From positions 42,511 through 106,510 of IMG/VR virus record IMGVR_UViG_3300036760_001167: 64,000 nucleotides of DNA; one strand, given 5' to 3'. The translations under genes were made by a program, and so were the position numbers. Source of the stretch: a virus. Below are positions 18,985-28,754 of this stretch, one piece after another (position 1 is the stretch's first letter; each line of letters starts with the position of its first letter). The notes beneath the pieces are model-generated. The model did no database searches. It saw only the letters and a program-made list of their open reading frames with translations, and had not been told where the DNA came from.

Positions 18985-19932
18985 TCATCGCTTCTCCAGG
19001 AGTTGGTAGCGCTCAAGCGGGTCGGACTCCTCGAACTCCTCAGCCAGCACGTACTCCACGTCGCTGCCGTCGTCGAAGAGCGGGCAGACAGTAAAGAACT
19101 GGCAGTCCCAGCGGCACGTCGTCGTCGGGTTCGGCGGGACCAGCGAGTGGTGGTCCTCGCCGTCCTCCAGCCGCGCCTCCAGCTCCTGCATCTCGCGGCC
19201 GATCCCGACGAAGTGCTTCCAGTGCGAGCGGAGCTGCTCGCGGTTGTGCTGGACCTCGACGCGCTCGTAGAACGGCGGGTTGGCCCGCGCGGTGCGCTTC
19301 ACCTTGCGCAGCATGTTCAGCACCGCGCCCACGACCTTCGGGTTCTTCACGCCCTTCGCGATCTCCTCCAGCAGGAGGATGAGCTCGTACGTCAGGAGCT
19401 GGCGGTCCATGCGCGCGATCGCCGGCAGGTCGGTGAAGTTGCCCACCGTCTTGTGCTCGAGGATCGCCTTCCACTTGTCGCGCATCACGACGAGCCCGTC
19501 CATCTTCGCGCGCAGCGTGATCTCCGCGCGCCACAACACGCCCTCGTCGGCGGGCGCGAGCACGACCTCCGCCTCGCGCTCCGGCTCGACGGCCGCGAGC
19601 TGGTAGTCCTTGCCCGTCTCCTCGAGGTCGGCGAGGTAGCCCTCGACCATGATCGACGCGAGGTCCTCGTCTTTGTAGATCTCCTCCGCGTGGTCCGGGT
19701 GCAGCGCCGCCATCGCCTCCGCGAACTCGCGCACGTGCGCCGCCGGGTCCTCGAGCCGGCCCGCGTACCACTCGGCGAGCGCGTCGTGGACCATGTTCCC
19801 GACGTCGCTCGGCGAGTTGTACTCCGCGGGCCTGGCGAGGCGGCGGACGTAGCGCAGCCACCACCGGCGCTTGCACCTCTGGTAGTCCTTCACCGTCGAC
19901 TGGGTCAGGACGAGCGGCTCGCCGACGGTCAC
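18985..19932 (-). CDS. PD-(D/E)XK Cas4/RecB-like exonuclease
   Basis: RCKRRWWLRY, GNMVH, KMDG, EHKT, QLLTY, C-terminal CRWDC...C. Confidence 0.85.
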   Translation of the reverse strand: MTVGEPLVLTQSTVKDYQRCKRRWWLRYVRRLARPAEYNSPSDVGNMVHDALAEWYAGRLEDPAAHVREFAEAMAALHPDHAEEIYKDEDLASIMVEGYLADLEETGKDYQLAAVEPEREAEVVLAPADEGVLWRAEITLRAKMDGLVVMRDKWKAILEHKTVGNFTDLPAIARMDRQLLTYELILLLEEIAKGVKNPKVVGAVLNMLRKVKRTARANPPFYERVEVQHNREQLRSHWKHFVGIGREMQELEARLEDGEDHHSLVPPNPTTTCRWDCQFFTVCPLFDDGSDVEYVLAEEFEESDPLERYQLLEKR

Positions 19933-20251
19933 GCGTCCGCCAGTCCGAGCATGCGGGCGGACGGGTCCTCGATCTCCTCGAGCTGCTCCTCGTTGGAGCG
20001 CGGGTCGTCGAAGTCGAAGTCCTCGCACGGGTTCCGCGGGTACGCGGGCTCGAAGTCCAGCCCGAGCACCGGCCCGCAGTCGAGGATCTCCAGGTGCGGA
20101 AGCGGGGCGGTCGTCGGCCCGACGTCGAACAGCTCGAGCCGCGCGACGCCGTGCTCCGGCAGCAGCGCCAGCTCCTCGGCGTCGGTGACGTTCGCGGCGG
20201 GCGCGTCCTCGCCGTCCCCTCGGCCGTGCCGCCCCGCGTAGATGATCTCGC

Positions 20252-20350
20252 TCATCCCTCGTCCTCGTCCATCGCGTCCACGTCGTCCGGGATCATCTCG
20301 TCGACCGACTCGATGTCCTCGATGTCGACCTCCTCGATGTCGCTGTCCAC
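20252..20350 (-). CDS. 32-aa highly acidic peptide
   Basis: AGGAGG RBS; MDSDIEEVDIEDIESVDEMIPDDVDAMDEDEG; ATGA overlap with next gene. Confidence 0.5.
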   Translation of the reverse strand: MDSDIEEVDIEDIESVDEMIPDDVDAMDEDEG

Positions 20351-20437
20351 GCCGATCCTCCTGAGCTCCCGTGCACCACGCGCTCGATCTCGCCGCGCGT
20401 CAGGTCGGTCTTCGGGCCGTTCTCGTCGTCGCCGTCG

Positions 20438-21103
20438 TCAGAACCCCGCCCGCTCGTTGTAGGTCGCCTCCCCGCACGCGCACGTCCAGAGGATCACGCC
20501 GCTCGGCAGCCGCTGGCTCGTCGCGCCGTCCTGGTAGGAGAAGGAGTGCCTGTGCGCGTGGCGCGCGGCCTCGTCCATGTCGTCAAGCGTCGCGGCGACC
20601 GCGCGCGACTCCGCGTCCTTCTCCAGCGCCTCGAACCGCTGCGCGCCCGCGGGCGTCAGGACCGCGCCGCCCTCGGCCATGACGACGAACATGCCCTCCG
20701 GCACCGCGTCGTCGGCGGCAACCGCCCGCCGCAGCGCGTCGACGTTCGAGACGAGCTCCGCGTCGAGCCGCTCCTCGAGGTCCATGCCGCACATGACGTT
20801 CCACACGACGGCGGCGCCGTGGTCCTCCGTGACGTCGCTCCCCTCGCCGTCGAGCTCGCGCTCGCCGGAGAGCCACGCGATCAGGTGCCTGAACGCGCAG
20901 TCCTGGAACTCCAGCAGCTCCCCGCGCGTCTCGGCCTTGCGCCAGTTGTCCGCGCCGTACGCCTCCGCCCCGGCGGTGTAGTGGTCGGCGACGCGGCGGA
21001 GCGAGGTGCGCGGGATGAGCGTGTACCGCGGCTTGCCCGCCGCGCTGTCCCTGTGGAACCCTGACGGGAACTCTCGCATGCTGCCGGAGCCCTGGATCGT
21101 CAC
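20438..21103 (-). CDS. dATP/dGTP diphosphohydrolase domain protein (DUF5664-like)
   Basis: GKPRYTLIP...GAEAYGADNWRK...RHL...EDHGAAVVWN. Confidence 0.8.
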   Translation of the reverse strand: MTIQGSGSMREFPSGFHRDSAAGKPRYTLIPRTSLRRVADHYTAGAEAYGADNWRKAETRGELLEFQDCAFRHLIAWLSGERELDGEGSDVTEDHGAAVVWNVMCGMDLEERLDAELVSNVDALRRAVAADDAVPEGMFVVMAEGGAVLTPAGAQRFEALEKDAESRAVAATLDDMDEAARHAHRHSFSYQDGATSQRLPSGVILWTCACGEATYNERAGF

Positions 21104-21181
21104 GCCTTGACCCTCCCTGGTCGCCCTCGCTGCTTATCTTACCCCGGCCGGGCGCGGTCCCGCCTCTTCCGCCGCAGTGTC

Positions 21182-21661
21182 TCAGGGCGGCGAGGCCCAC
21201 GGTCCCCAGCCGCCGCGTCGGACCATGAACGCGGCGACCCAGACGTTCAGGTACGGGTCGAAGACGTTGCTCCTCCACCGCGTCGCGAAGTCGCGCAGGT
21301 ACGGCGCGATCCAGCTCCTCGGCATGTACTCGCGGAGCCGCCCGAGCCAGTAGTCCATCTGGTGCTGGAAGACGCCCGCGCTCCCGCTCGGGTTGTACGC
21401 GGACGGGCAGTAGTGCGACTCCCGGTCCGCGACGTGCTCCGCGTACGGGACCGACTCTCCGATCCACGCGAACGCGCAGTCCACCAGGTTCTCCGTGTGC
21501 CGCTGCCTGGTCGCGAGCGGCGTCGCGCCGTCGTCGTTCTCCCCGTTGTGCCAGCCGCTGCACGGGCCCCGCCAGGGTCCGCGCTCCGCGGCGCTCGCTT
21601 GGTTCGCCTGGCCCGCGGCGAGAGTCGCCGCGACCAGCACTGCGGTCAGGAACTTCCTCAT
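21182..21661 (-). CDS. Secreted lytic transglycosylase (SLT/lysozyme-like)
   Basis: Signal peptide ending ASA; RES...AYNPSGSAGVFQ; DP..N..AA; GWGPW. Confidence 0.8.
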   Translation of the reverse strand: MRKFLTAVLVAATLAAGQANQASAAERGPWRGPCSGWHNGENDDGATPLATRQRHTENLVDCAFAWIGESVPYAEHVADRESHYCPSAYNPSGSAGVFQHQMDYWLGRLREYMPRSWIAPYLRDFATRWRSNVFDPYLNVWVAAFMVRRGGWGPWASPP

Positions 21662-22291
21662 GGCTTCGCACCTCGCTTCGTCGTTGGCGGCCCGGCTTGG
21701 GCCGTTCGGCTACGCGGTCTGTCTGAGAGGCCTCACCTCCTAGGGTCGGGCGGTCTGGCTTACCTTCGCGACGCGGCGGCGCGCTTGTTCTTCGCGCGCC
21801 TCCTAGAGACGGAGCGCACGCGCGCGGGGACGTTCCGCGCGGGCGTGTCCGGGAACGCGTCGTGGACCTTGCGGCTCAGGCGGCGCGCCTTCATGGCGCC
21901 GCCCTGGGCCTTGAACGTCAGCGTCTTGGGCCACCTCACGCGGCGCTCCTGTGCCTGCGCTCCGCGCGGCGCTGCGCCCTGGCCTCCGACTCGGCGCGGC
22001 CCTCGGCCTGCCGCACGAGGTGCGTCGTCGACCTGGCCGTCAGCTCGGTCCGGCTCCGCTTGCGGATCTTCCGCGCGCGGCGCGGCAGCATCGCGCGCGC
22101 CATCTCCCGCGACGCGGCCCGGTTCGGCCGGAGCTCCGCGCGGATCTGCGCGCGCACCTCGTCCGCCCTCTTGCGGCGGAGCTTTCGGGACAGGCCCGAG
22201 AGCCTGTTCTCCGCGACCTCGTTCCTCGCCTTGTCGCGCTCCTCCTCGGCCCGCTTCGCGAGCCGCCTGGCGTTCTGCTTCCCCGCGCTGC

Positions 22292-22741
22292 TCATGCCCT
22301 CACCTCCAGGTCCAGGTTCCCGTCCACGATCTGCCGGAAGAACTCGGCCGCCAGGTCGCGGTTGTCCGCGTCGTTCCACCAGAGGTTCACTCCGCTCGGG
22401 TGCGGGCACACCGCCACCCAGCGCTCGCGGTGCCGGCGCCACTCCAGGTACTCGTACCGCGCGCGGGGCAGCCCGAACGCCGCGGCGACGCGCGTCCCGA
22501 TCAGGACCAGGTGGACGCGCCGCGGGACTCGCCGGAGCAGCCGCTCCGCGGCGGGCCGCGCGAGCTCGAGCGGGAACGCGGAGCCCTTGCCGCTCGGGCC
22601 AGGCCACTCCTTCAGCAGGTTGGTTCGCGCGATCTCCCGCGCGCCGAGCTGTGCGAGGCGGCCGCCGGTGAACGTCGTGTTGGCGCGCTTCCCCTGGCCC
22701 CGGCGGTTCGGGGCCTCGCCCACGATCAGGAGCTCGGTCAC
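22292..22741 (-). CDS. Minimal uracil-DNA-glycosylase-superfamily protein
   Basis: LIVGEAP motif A and PHPSG motif B; 149 aa. Confidence 0.75.
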   Translation of the reverse strand: MTELLIVGEAPNRRGQGKRANTTFTGGRLAQLGAREIARTNLLKEWPGPSGKGSAFPLELARPAAERLLRRVPRRVHLVLIGTRVAAAFGLPRARYEYLEWRRHRERWVAVCPHPSGVNLWWNDADNRDLAAEFFRQIVDGNLDLEVRA

Positions 22742-22982
22742 GTCGCTCGGACCTCCAGCGCCTCGCGCTCGCGCCGGTGCGCCGCGGTGTGCCGCTCGAT
22801 CGCGCCGGCGCGGCTCAGGAACAGCACGAGCTCGGCGCGGTGGTGTCGGTCCATGTGGTCGTGCTGCTCGATCCTGGTCGCCTCGTCCGCGAACCACTCC
22901 GCATGCGGGAGCGGCGCCCTCGTGCCCATCGGCTTGCCCCTGGCCATCAGTCCTCCTCCGTTGGTCCGGTGAAGCGGCGAGA

Positions 22983-24989
22983 TCACGCCGGTGCCGGGGC
23001 GACCTCGCAGGCGTCGGTGGTGCAGTAGAGCTCCTCGGACTCCGCGCCGTCGTGCCCGCGCAGCGCGCCCCATCGTACCGGCCGGAGCGCCTCGGTGCGC
23101 GCCCTGAAGTCCTCGCGGCTCGACGGCTCGACCGGCATCTGCGCGTAGACGCCCTCGCGGTCTGGCATCAGCGACATCGACTTGACGAGCGGCGCGAACA
23201 GCGAGAGCACGTTCCCCACGTGCTTCGCCTCGTCCGGCTGGAAGGTCAGCGTGTTCGACACGGCGTTGTCCGCCCAGCACCTCTGGAGCATCGCGACGAT
23301 GGCGGCCTGCTCGTACAGCGGGACGCGCTTGACCGACCGCGTGCGGCCGGCGCCGTAGGAGAGCGGGAACGAGAAGACCGCGGTGTCCGGCGTCGCGACG
23401 TCGGGCTCCCACGGCACGCCCGACTCGCGGAGCAGCTCCGCGACCTGCGACTGGTCTCCCATCCGCACGCGGCGGACTACGTACGCGTCCAGCGGGAAGT
23501 GCATCCCCGCCGACACGCCGGCGAGCAGCGACACCGTCCCGGAGGGCTTCACCGTGGTCACGCGCACCGACTCCGCGACGCCCGCCTCCGCGGCGAGCCG
23601 GCGGTTCTCCGCGCGCACGGCGTCGTAGCCGCGGTTCAGCGCGCCGAACACGGTCGAGACCGAGGTCGCGTCCAGCCAGTCCGCGACGCCCGAGACCGAG
23701 ACGCCGATCCGCCGGTTCCTGCTCGTCACCGCGTTGGTCGCGGCCGAGTGGGAGCGCAGCAGCGCGACGGTCGACGCGTAGAACGTCGCGAGCTCGAAGA
23801 TTCGCGGGAGGTCCTCCGGGCAGTGGGTCGGGAAGACCTCGACCAGGTTGCAGAGCTCCATCGACTCGAGCGGGATCTCGCCGCACGGGTTGACCGCGAC
23901 CGCGCGGTCCGGCATGCGGTCGCCGGTCCGGCCGTACTTGCGGATGTTGAGCATGTTGACGATGCCGGGCTCTCCGTTGTCCCGCACGCGGTCCGCGAGC
24001 GCGCCGAGCGCGTCGAAGTCCGCGCTCTCGCGGAGCGCCACGGAGTTGTTGGACAGCCCGCCGATCTCGAGCCGCTCCGGGTACAGGTCGTAGTTCTTGA
24101 GGTTGAGGAACTCCTCGTCGTGCGGCGAGCCGACCGCGAGCTCGGCCGACCTGCGGATGTTGCCGGCGACGACGCAGCGGCCGATCTCGTTCATCACGTC
24201 CGCGATCGTCCGCGTGCTCGACGCCTTCCCGCTCGCCGCGCGCCACAGGTGGGAGCGCAGCCTCTCGTGGAGCTCGACGAGCGGCGCCCTCCCGGCGGAG
24301 ATCCCGCCGAACCCCCGGAGCGGCGCGCCGGCCGGCCTGATCGCGGAGTAGTCGAACTCGACGGGCCTGCCACCGCGCTCGTACGTGCGGACCAGCAGCC
24401 GCACCGACTCGGCCCAGCCCTCGCGCGAGTCCGGGACGCGGAAGACCTCCGGGTCCGACGCCGAGGGCATGGCGAAGCGCAGCGCGGCGGTGTGCGTGGT
24501 GAAGCCGACGCCGACCCCGCACATCAGCGAGTCCATCAGCCAGTGCGCCGCGTCGGCCAGCGAGTCCGTCACCTCGACGGCACCGCAGTTGTTCAGCGCG
24601 TGCGAGCCGCGGTCGTAGACGTAGTCCGTCCCCATCACCCAGAGGCCGCGGCCCGGCGGCAGCAGCTTCATGTCGAACACCGCGCCGGCGAGCTCCTCCG
24701 CGAGCGCGTCCATGCGCGCCGCGTCCCACCTGCGGCCGACCACGTTGACGAGCCAGTCCTTCCTGATCGACAGGACTCCCTCGACGACGCGGGCCACCGT
24801 GTCGGCCCAGCCCTCCTGCCCGCCGCCCTCCATCTGGCGGGAGTAGGTGCGGTAGTAGACGGCCTCCGAGAGACCGCCGAACCCCCACCTGACCGGCCTC
24901 CCCCTGAGCTCCTCGACGACGTGCTTCGGCAGGTGGTAGCGGGCTTCGACGATCACTGGCGCGGCTCCTTCACAGACGGATGTGCCCAT
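22983..24989 (-). CDS. nrdJ: Class II (AdoCbl-dependent) ribonucleotide reductase
   Basis: LPPGRGLW, LNNC, VVAGNIRRSAE, NPCGEI, VKPSGTVS, C-terminal CTTDAC. Confidence 0.93.
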   Translation of the reverse strand: MGTSVCEGAAPVIVEARYHLPKHVVEELRGRPVRWGFGGLSEAVYYRTYSRQMEGGGQEGWADTVARVVEGVLSIRKDWLVNVVGRRWDAARMDALAEELAGAVFDMKLLPPGRGLWVMGTDYVYDRGSHALNNCGAVEVTDSLADAAHWLMDSLMCGVGVGFTTHTAALRFAMPSASDPEVFRVPDSREGWAESVRLLVRTYERGGRPVEFDYSAIRPAGAPLRGFGGISAGRAPLVELHERLRSHLWRAASGKASSTRTIADVMNEIGRCVVAGNIRRSAELAVGSPHDEEFLNLKNYDLYPERLEIGGLSNNSVALRESADFDALGALADRVRDNGEPGIVNMLNIRKYGRTGDRMPDRAVAVNPCGEIPLESMELCNLVEVFPTHCPEDLPRIFELATFYASTVALLRSHSAATNAVTSRNRRIGVSVSGVADWLDATSVSTVFGALNRGYDAVRAENRRLAAEAGVAESVRVTTVKPSGTVSLLAGVSAGMHFPLDAYVVRRVRMGDQSQVAELLRESGVPWEPDVATPDTAVFSFPLSYGAGRTRSVKRVPLYEQAAIVAMLQRCWADNAVSNTLTFQPDEAKHVGNVLSLFAPLVKSMSLMPDREGVYAQMPVEPSSREDFRARTEALRPVRWGALRGHDGAESEELYCTTDACEVAPAPA

Positions 24990-24990
24990 C

Positions 24991-25434
24991 TTACCCCCTG
25001 CGGAAATCTTCTCCCGAACGCGCTGCGCCGGTTGCCAGGAGCGGCGACACCACCTCGATTACGCCGACGCCGCCGAGCTGCCCGAGGCACTCCTCGCACG
25101 GCGCCCGCGTGCAGTACGCCACGGCCCCGCGGGCGCGGGACCCGCGGCGCCTGAGCTGCTCGGCCGCGTTCGCCTCGGCATGCGCCGTCCGGACGCACTT
25201 CCCGCCGACGAGCTCGCAGCCCACGTCGAGGCAGTGCGGCTCGCCCGGCGCCGAGCCGTTGTAGCCGGTCGCCACCACCATCTTGTCCCTCACGACGACG
25301 CAGCCGACCTGCCGCTTCAGGCACGTCGAGCGCGTCGCGGCGGCCCCCGCGAGCAGCATGAAGTACTCGTCCCACGTCGGCCTGACGCGGCGCTCCAGGA
25401 GGATCGCGCGCGGCTCAGCAGGTGCAGGGGGCAT
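24991..25434 (-). CDS. dCMP deaminase
   Basis: RPTWDEYF, STC...VG, GYNG, HAEANA, PCEEC. Confidence 0.92.
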   Translation of the reverse strand: MPPAPAEPRAILLERRVRPTWDEYFMLLAGAAATRSTCLKRQVGCVVVRDKMVVATGYNGSAPGEPHCLDVGCELVGGKCVRTAHAEANAAEQLRRRGSRARGAVAYCTRAPCEECLGQLGGVGVIEVVSPLLATGAARSGEDFRRG

Positions 25435-25641
25435 GCGACTCCTCGCCGCAGGCGCACGTCCACACGTGGTCGAGGTGGCCCTGCTTGAACTGCCAGTCGT
25501 GGCCGTGGAGGCTGCCCTGCTCGAACTGGACCGTGCCGCGCGCCGGGCGGGCGGACTCCTCGTGCACGCGCTCCTCGAAGCCCCATCTGCTCTCCTGTCC
25601 GTCTAGGCCTGTCGCCAGGAAGTGCACCTGCGCCGTTGCCA

Positions 25642-27372
25642 TCACGCCTCCCCCAGCAGTTCCGCGAGCAGGCTTGCGTCGCGGTTGATCTCCTCGGCGA
25701 GGTCGGCCTTCTCGCCGAGCCTGCCCTGCACCTGCTCCTCGATGGTGTCCTTCGCGATCACGTCGATGATGTGGACCGCCGACTTGTCGGAGATCCCGCG
25801 CGCCTCCGCCTGGCGCTGCTTCTTCCGCGAGTAGGACCGCATCAGGAAGACCTCGGTGTTCGCGCGCGAGAGCGTGACGCCCTCGGCGATCGTCGAGAGG
25901 ATGAGCTGCCCGTCGCCCTGCTGGAACGCGCGCACCGCGTCGTCCTGCCGCTCCGCGTCGTCGCCGACCAGGAACAGGTGGTCGACCTTCGCCCTGTCCA
26001 GCCGCGCGCCGGCGAGCTCGATCAGCTTCCGCGACTCCGAGTAGACGATCGCCGGCTCGCCCGAGAGCTCCTCGACCACGTCCATCAGCGCGTCGATCTT
26101 CGAGCTGGGCTCCGTCATCTGGACCTCGCCGTCCGCGTCGAGCGAGCACGTCGCCGCGGCGAACTGCCGCAGCCTCGTCGTCTGGACCAGCGGGTTGGCG
26201 GCGATGATCCCGTTCGCGATCATCTCCTTGCGCATCGACTCGTAGGCCTTGCGCTGCTTCGGGGCCAGCTCGACGGTCCGCGTCTCGTACGTCGGCTCGT
26301 CCCAGCCGAGCGACGCGCGCGTGCGGCGCGCGAAGCGCGGGTCTAGGAAGCCGAACAGCTCGTCCTGCGTGTCGGGCCGCACGCCGATCGGCTCGTTGAA
26401 CCCGCTGAAGTAGTTCATCGCCATCAGCGCGTACCGGTCCAGGTGCGCGGTCTTCGACGGGTACTCGGCCGGCGCGACGAAGTGGCCGAGCGCCCAGATG
26501 TCCTCGATCGGCACCTCGTCGGCCGGCGTCCCCGTCAGCGCCCAGCGGACCTCCGCGTCCTTGGCCGCGGCCCAGAGCGCGCGGGTCTGCTTCGACCGCG
26601 GCTGCGCCGCGCGGTGCGCCTCGTCCGCGATCACGACGGACCACGGGACCGCGTTGAGCTCCTTCGGGACCTTCTCCTTCGGCTCGACCCGGACGGAGGA
26701 CCCGAACGCCTCGAGCCGCGTGTGGTAGCGCAGCGCCTCCCAGTTGATGACCGCGGCGTCGTACTCGCCGGCGCCCGCGGCCTCGATCGCCCGCGCCCGC
26801 CGCGTCGGCGTGCCTGTGACGACGACGGCGCTCATGTCCGCCCACTCCCGGAGGTGGCGCGCCCACTCGAACTTGACGCTGTTCGGGCAGACGACGAGCA
26901 CGGGCCCGACCCCGCGCTCCGCGGCGTGGTCGCGGCGGAGCAGCGCCAGCGCCGCGGACGCGGTCACGGTCTTCCCGAGCCTCATCTCCAGGCCCAGGAT
27001 CGCGGAGCCCGCCACCGTCAGGAACATCGCGTCGGCCCGCTGGTCCGGCCGGAGCCTCTCCGACAGGTCGCCGAACCCGCGCGGCAGCCGCGCGTCGTCC
27101 GCGCCGCGGAGCTCGAGCGCCGGCATCACGCGCCCGTCCCGCTCCGCCACCGACCACGCGGCGAGCTCCGGCCCGACCTCGAGCCGGTCCCCGAACACGC
27201 CGCGCAGGCCGAGGCACGCCGCCCAGGTGCAGGGGAACTGGAAGTGGTCGCCGTCGCCGTGCCTGTCGGCGCGCGTGTGGAAGTGCGCGCCCGGGACCTG
27301 CTGGACCAGGTGCAGCTCGCGCGGCCGGATCCGCACGACGATGTCGCCCCCGACAAGCTCCGCCGTCGCCAT
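25642..27372 (-). CDS. SNF2-family helicase
   Basis: EMRLGKT, ADEAH, LTGTP, EGVTL, QAEAR. Confidence 0.88.
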   Translation of the reverse strand: MATAELVGGDIVVRIRPRELHLVQQVPGAHFHTRADRHGDGDHFQFPCTWAACLGLRGVFGDRLEVGPELAAWSVAERDGRVMPALELRGADDARLPRGFGDLSERLRPDQRADAMFLTVAGSAILGLEMRLGKTVTASAALALLRRDHAAERGVGPVLVVCPNSVKFEWARHLREWADMSAVVVTGTPTRRARAIEAAGAGEYDAAVINWEALRYHTRLEAFGSSVRVEPKEKVPKELNAVPWSVVIADEAHRAAQPRSKQTRALWAAAKDAEVRWALTGTPADEVPIEDIWALGHFVAPAEYPSKTAHLDRYALMAMNYFSGFNEPIGVRPDTQDELFGFLDPRFARRTRASLGWDEPTYETRTVELAPKQRKAYESMRKEMIANGIIAANPLVQTTRLRQFAAATCSLDADGEVQMTEPSSKIDALMDVVEELSGEPAIVYSESRKLIELAGARLDRAKVDHLFLVGDDAERQDDAVRAFQQGDGQLILSTIAEGVTLSRANTEVFLMRSYSRKKQRQAEARGISDKSAVHIIDVIAKDTIEEQVQGRLGEKADLAEEINRDASLLAELLGEA

Positions 27373-27781
27373 CAGGTCGCCTCCGGGAACTCGTGCATCG
27401 ACGCGGCCTGCGCGGCGCCGTCGACCTCGTGCCAGTAGAAGTCGCAGGGCGCGTACGTCTGCTCCCGGCCGGCAGCGGGGCCGGACCACTCGTAGCGCGC
27501 GGTGAGCAGGCGGACCGCGCGCTCGGTCGACCCGCAGCGGTTGCACTTCAGGCCCCACCACTCCTTCGCCATCGCGGACGCCATGTAGTGCGCGATGCCG
27601 TAGCCGCGGCCCGGGTACGTGTACGTGTGGCTCTCGCCCGCGGTGTTGCCGATGCGGATCCGGAGCCGGCGCTTGCCGCGGTGCGTCTCGCTGAAGACCT
27701 CGACCGAGCTCGTCGGCTCGCCGTCCTCGGAGACGTCGACGCCGAGCACGTCGATGCTGCCGCCGGGTGACGTGAACGACC

Positions 27782-28246
27782 TCACGACTCGTCCCCGGGC
27801 GTGATCGCCTCGAGCTGCGCGGGCGTAAGCATCTCCTCGTCCGACAGGAACTTCAGCATGTGCCGCGCGGCCGCGTTCATGTGCCCGCCCCTCGACGGCC
27901 TGTACCACCCGAGCCTGCGCAGCTTCCAGTCCGTGCCGAACTTCATGTCCGACGGCTGCTGGAGGCGGAACGTCACGTCGTGCTGGAACGTCGCGAGGTA
28001 GCGGAGCGCGCCGATCGACTCGAGCGACCAGTTCTCGCCGCGCGTCAGCCGCAGCGTCCGCGCGGAGATGTTGTACGCCTCGACGACGAGGTGCGAGATC
28101 GACAGCTTGTCCAGCCCGCCCTCGACGATCGAGACGGCCTCCCAGCACGGGCGCTCCCACGACGAGAAGTCCCGGTCGTCCGGGTAGTAGACTGCGACCC
28201 CGGTGATCTTGCCCGGGTCCACGGCGACGACGGCGAGCCTAGACAC
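27782..28246 (-). CDS. RuvC-like Holliday junction resolvase
   Basis: AVDPGKITG, VVEAY, IGAL, H..AAARH. Confidence 0.75.
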   Translation of the reverse strand: MSRLAVVAVDPGKITGVAVYYPDDRDFSSWERPCWEAVSIVEGGLDKLSISHLVVEAYNISARTLRLTRGENWSLESIGALRYLATFQHDVTFRLQQPSDMKFGTDWKLRRLGWYRPSRGGHMNAAARHMLKFLSDEEMLTPAQLEAITPGDES

Positions 28247-28754
28247 CGAGCTTCCGCAGCTCCCTCCGCGCCGCGCGCCTCGTCTTCTTGGAGAGCCCCG
28301 GGTCGCCGTAGGCCACGCGGTACAGCAGCGCGGTCCTGCTGGTCTTGAGCTCGTCCAGCACCTCGCGCAGCCCGTCCAGGCCGACGACCTCGACGCCGAC
28401 CCTGACCGTCGCGGTCCCGGCCGCGGGGGCCGGCTCCCTCGGGTGGCGCTGCACGTCGCGCCACGCGTCGCGCTTGATCTGCGCGCCGAGGTCCTTCACC
28501 GCGCGGCCGAGCGCCAGCCTGAGTCCCAGGTGCGGGTCCCGCGCGTCGCGCTGGTCGCACACGCTCGCGCCCGCCGCGACGTACTCCCGCGCCTCCGCGG
28601 TGCCGTCCGCGTCGACCGGCCGGTTCACCTGGCAGGAGACCACCACGGTGGTCACCCCGCCGACTCGCGTCGCGTCCTGGATCTGGATCAGCGCGGGCGG
28701 CTCGTTCAGGACCGTCGCCCTGCCAACCGAGTCCGAGTACTCGTTAGTCGCCAT
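28239..28754 (-). CDS. Conserved hypothetical protein
   Basis: RBS, codon bias, ASVC..RD...GLRLALGRA. Confidence 0.6.
   Translation of the reverse strand: MATNEYSDSVGRATVLNEPPALIQIQDATRVGGVTTVVVSCQVNRPVDADGTAEAREYVAAGASVCDQRDARDPHLGLRLALGRAVKDLGAQIKRDAWRDVQRHPREPAPAAGTATVRVGVEVVGLDGLREVLDELKTSRTALLYRVAYGDPGLSKKTRRAARRELRKLGV

Noticed and set aside
18985-19932. CRISPR-associated Cas4
   Set aside because: It sits with Sak4 and SSB, the usual phage recombination module; no cas1/cas2.
14884-21103. 2-aminoadenine (Z) genome pathway
   Set aside because: HD and dATP/dGTP hydrolase-like genes are present, but no PurZ (adenylosuccinate synthetase homolog) is in the window. It could lie outside the window.
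21951-25154. Long plus-strand ORFs (1067 aa here; also 10085-12703, 1006-3090 and others)
   Set aside because: Antisense shadows of real minus-strand genes in high-GC DNA; Arg/Ala/Gly-rich with no motifs.
27782-28246. TnpB/Cas12-like RNA-guided nuclease
   Set aside because: Only 154 aa, a contiguous RuvC without a Zn finger or REC/WED region; fits a Holliday junction resolvase.
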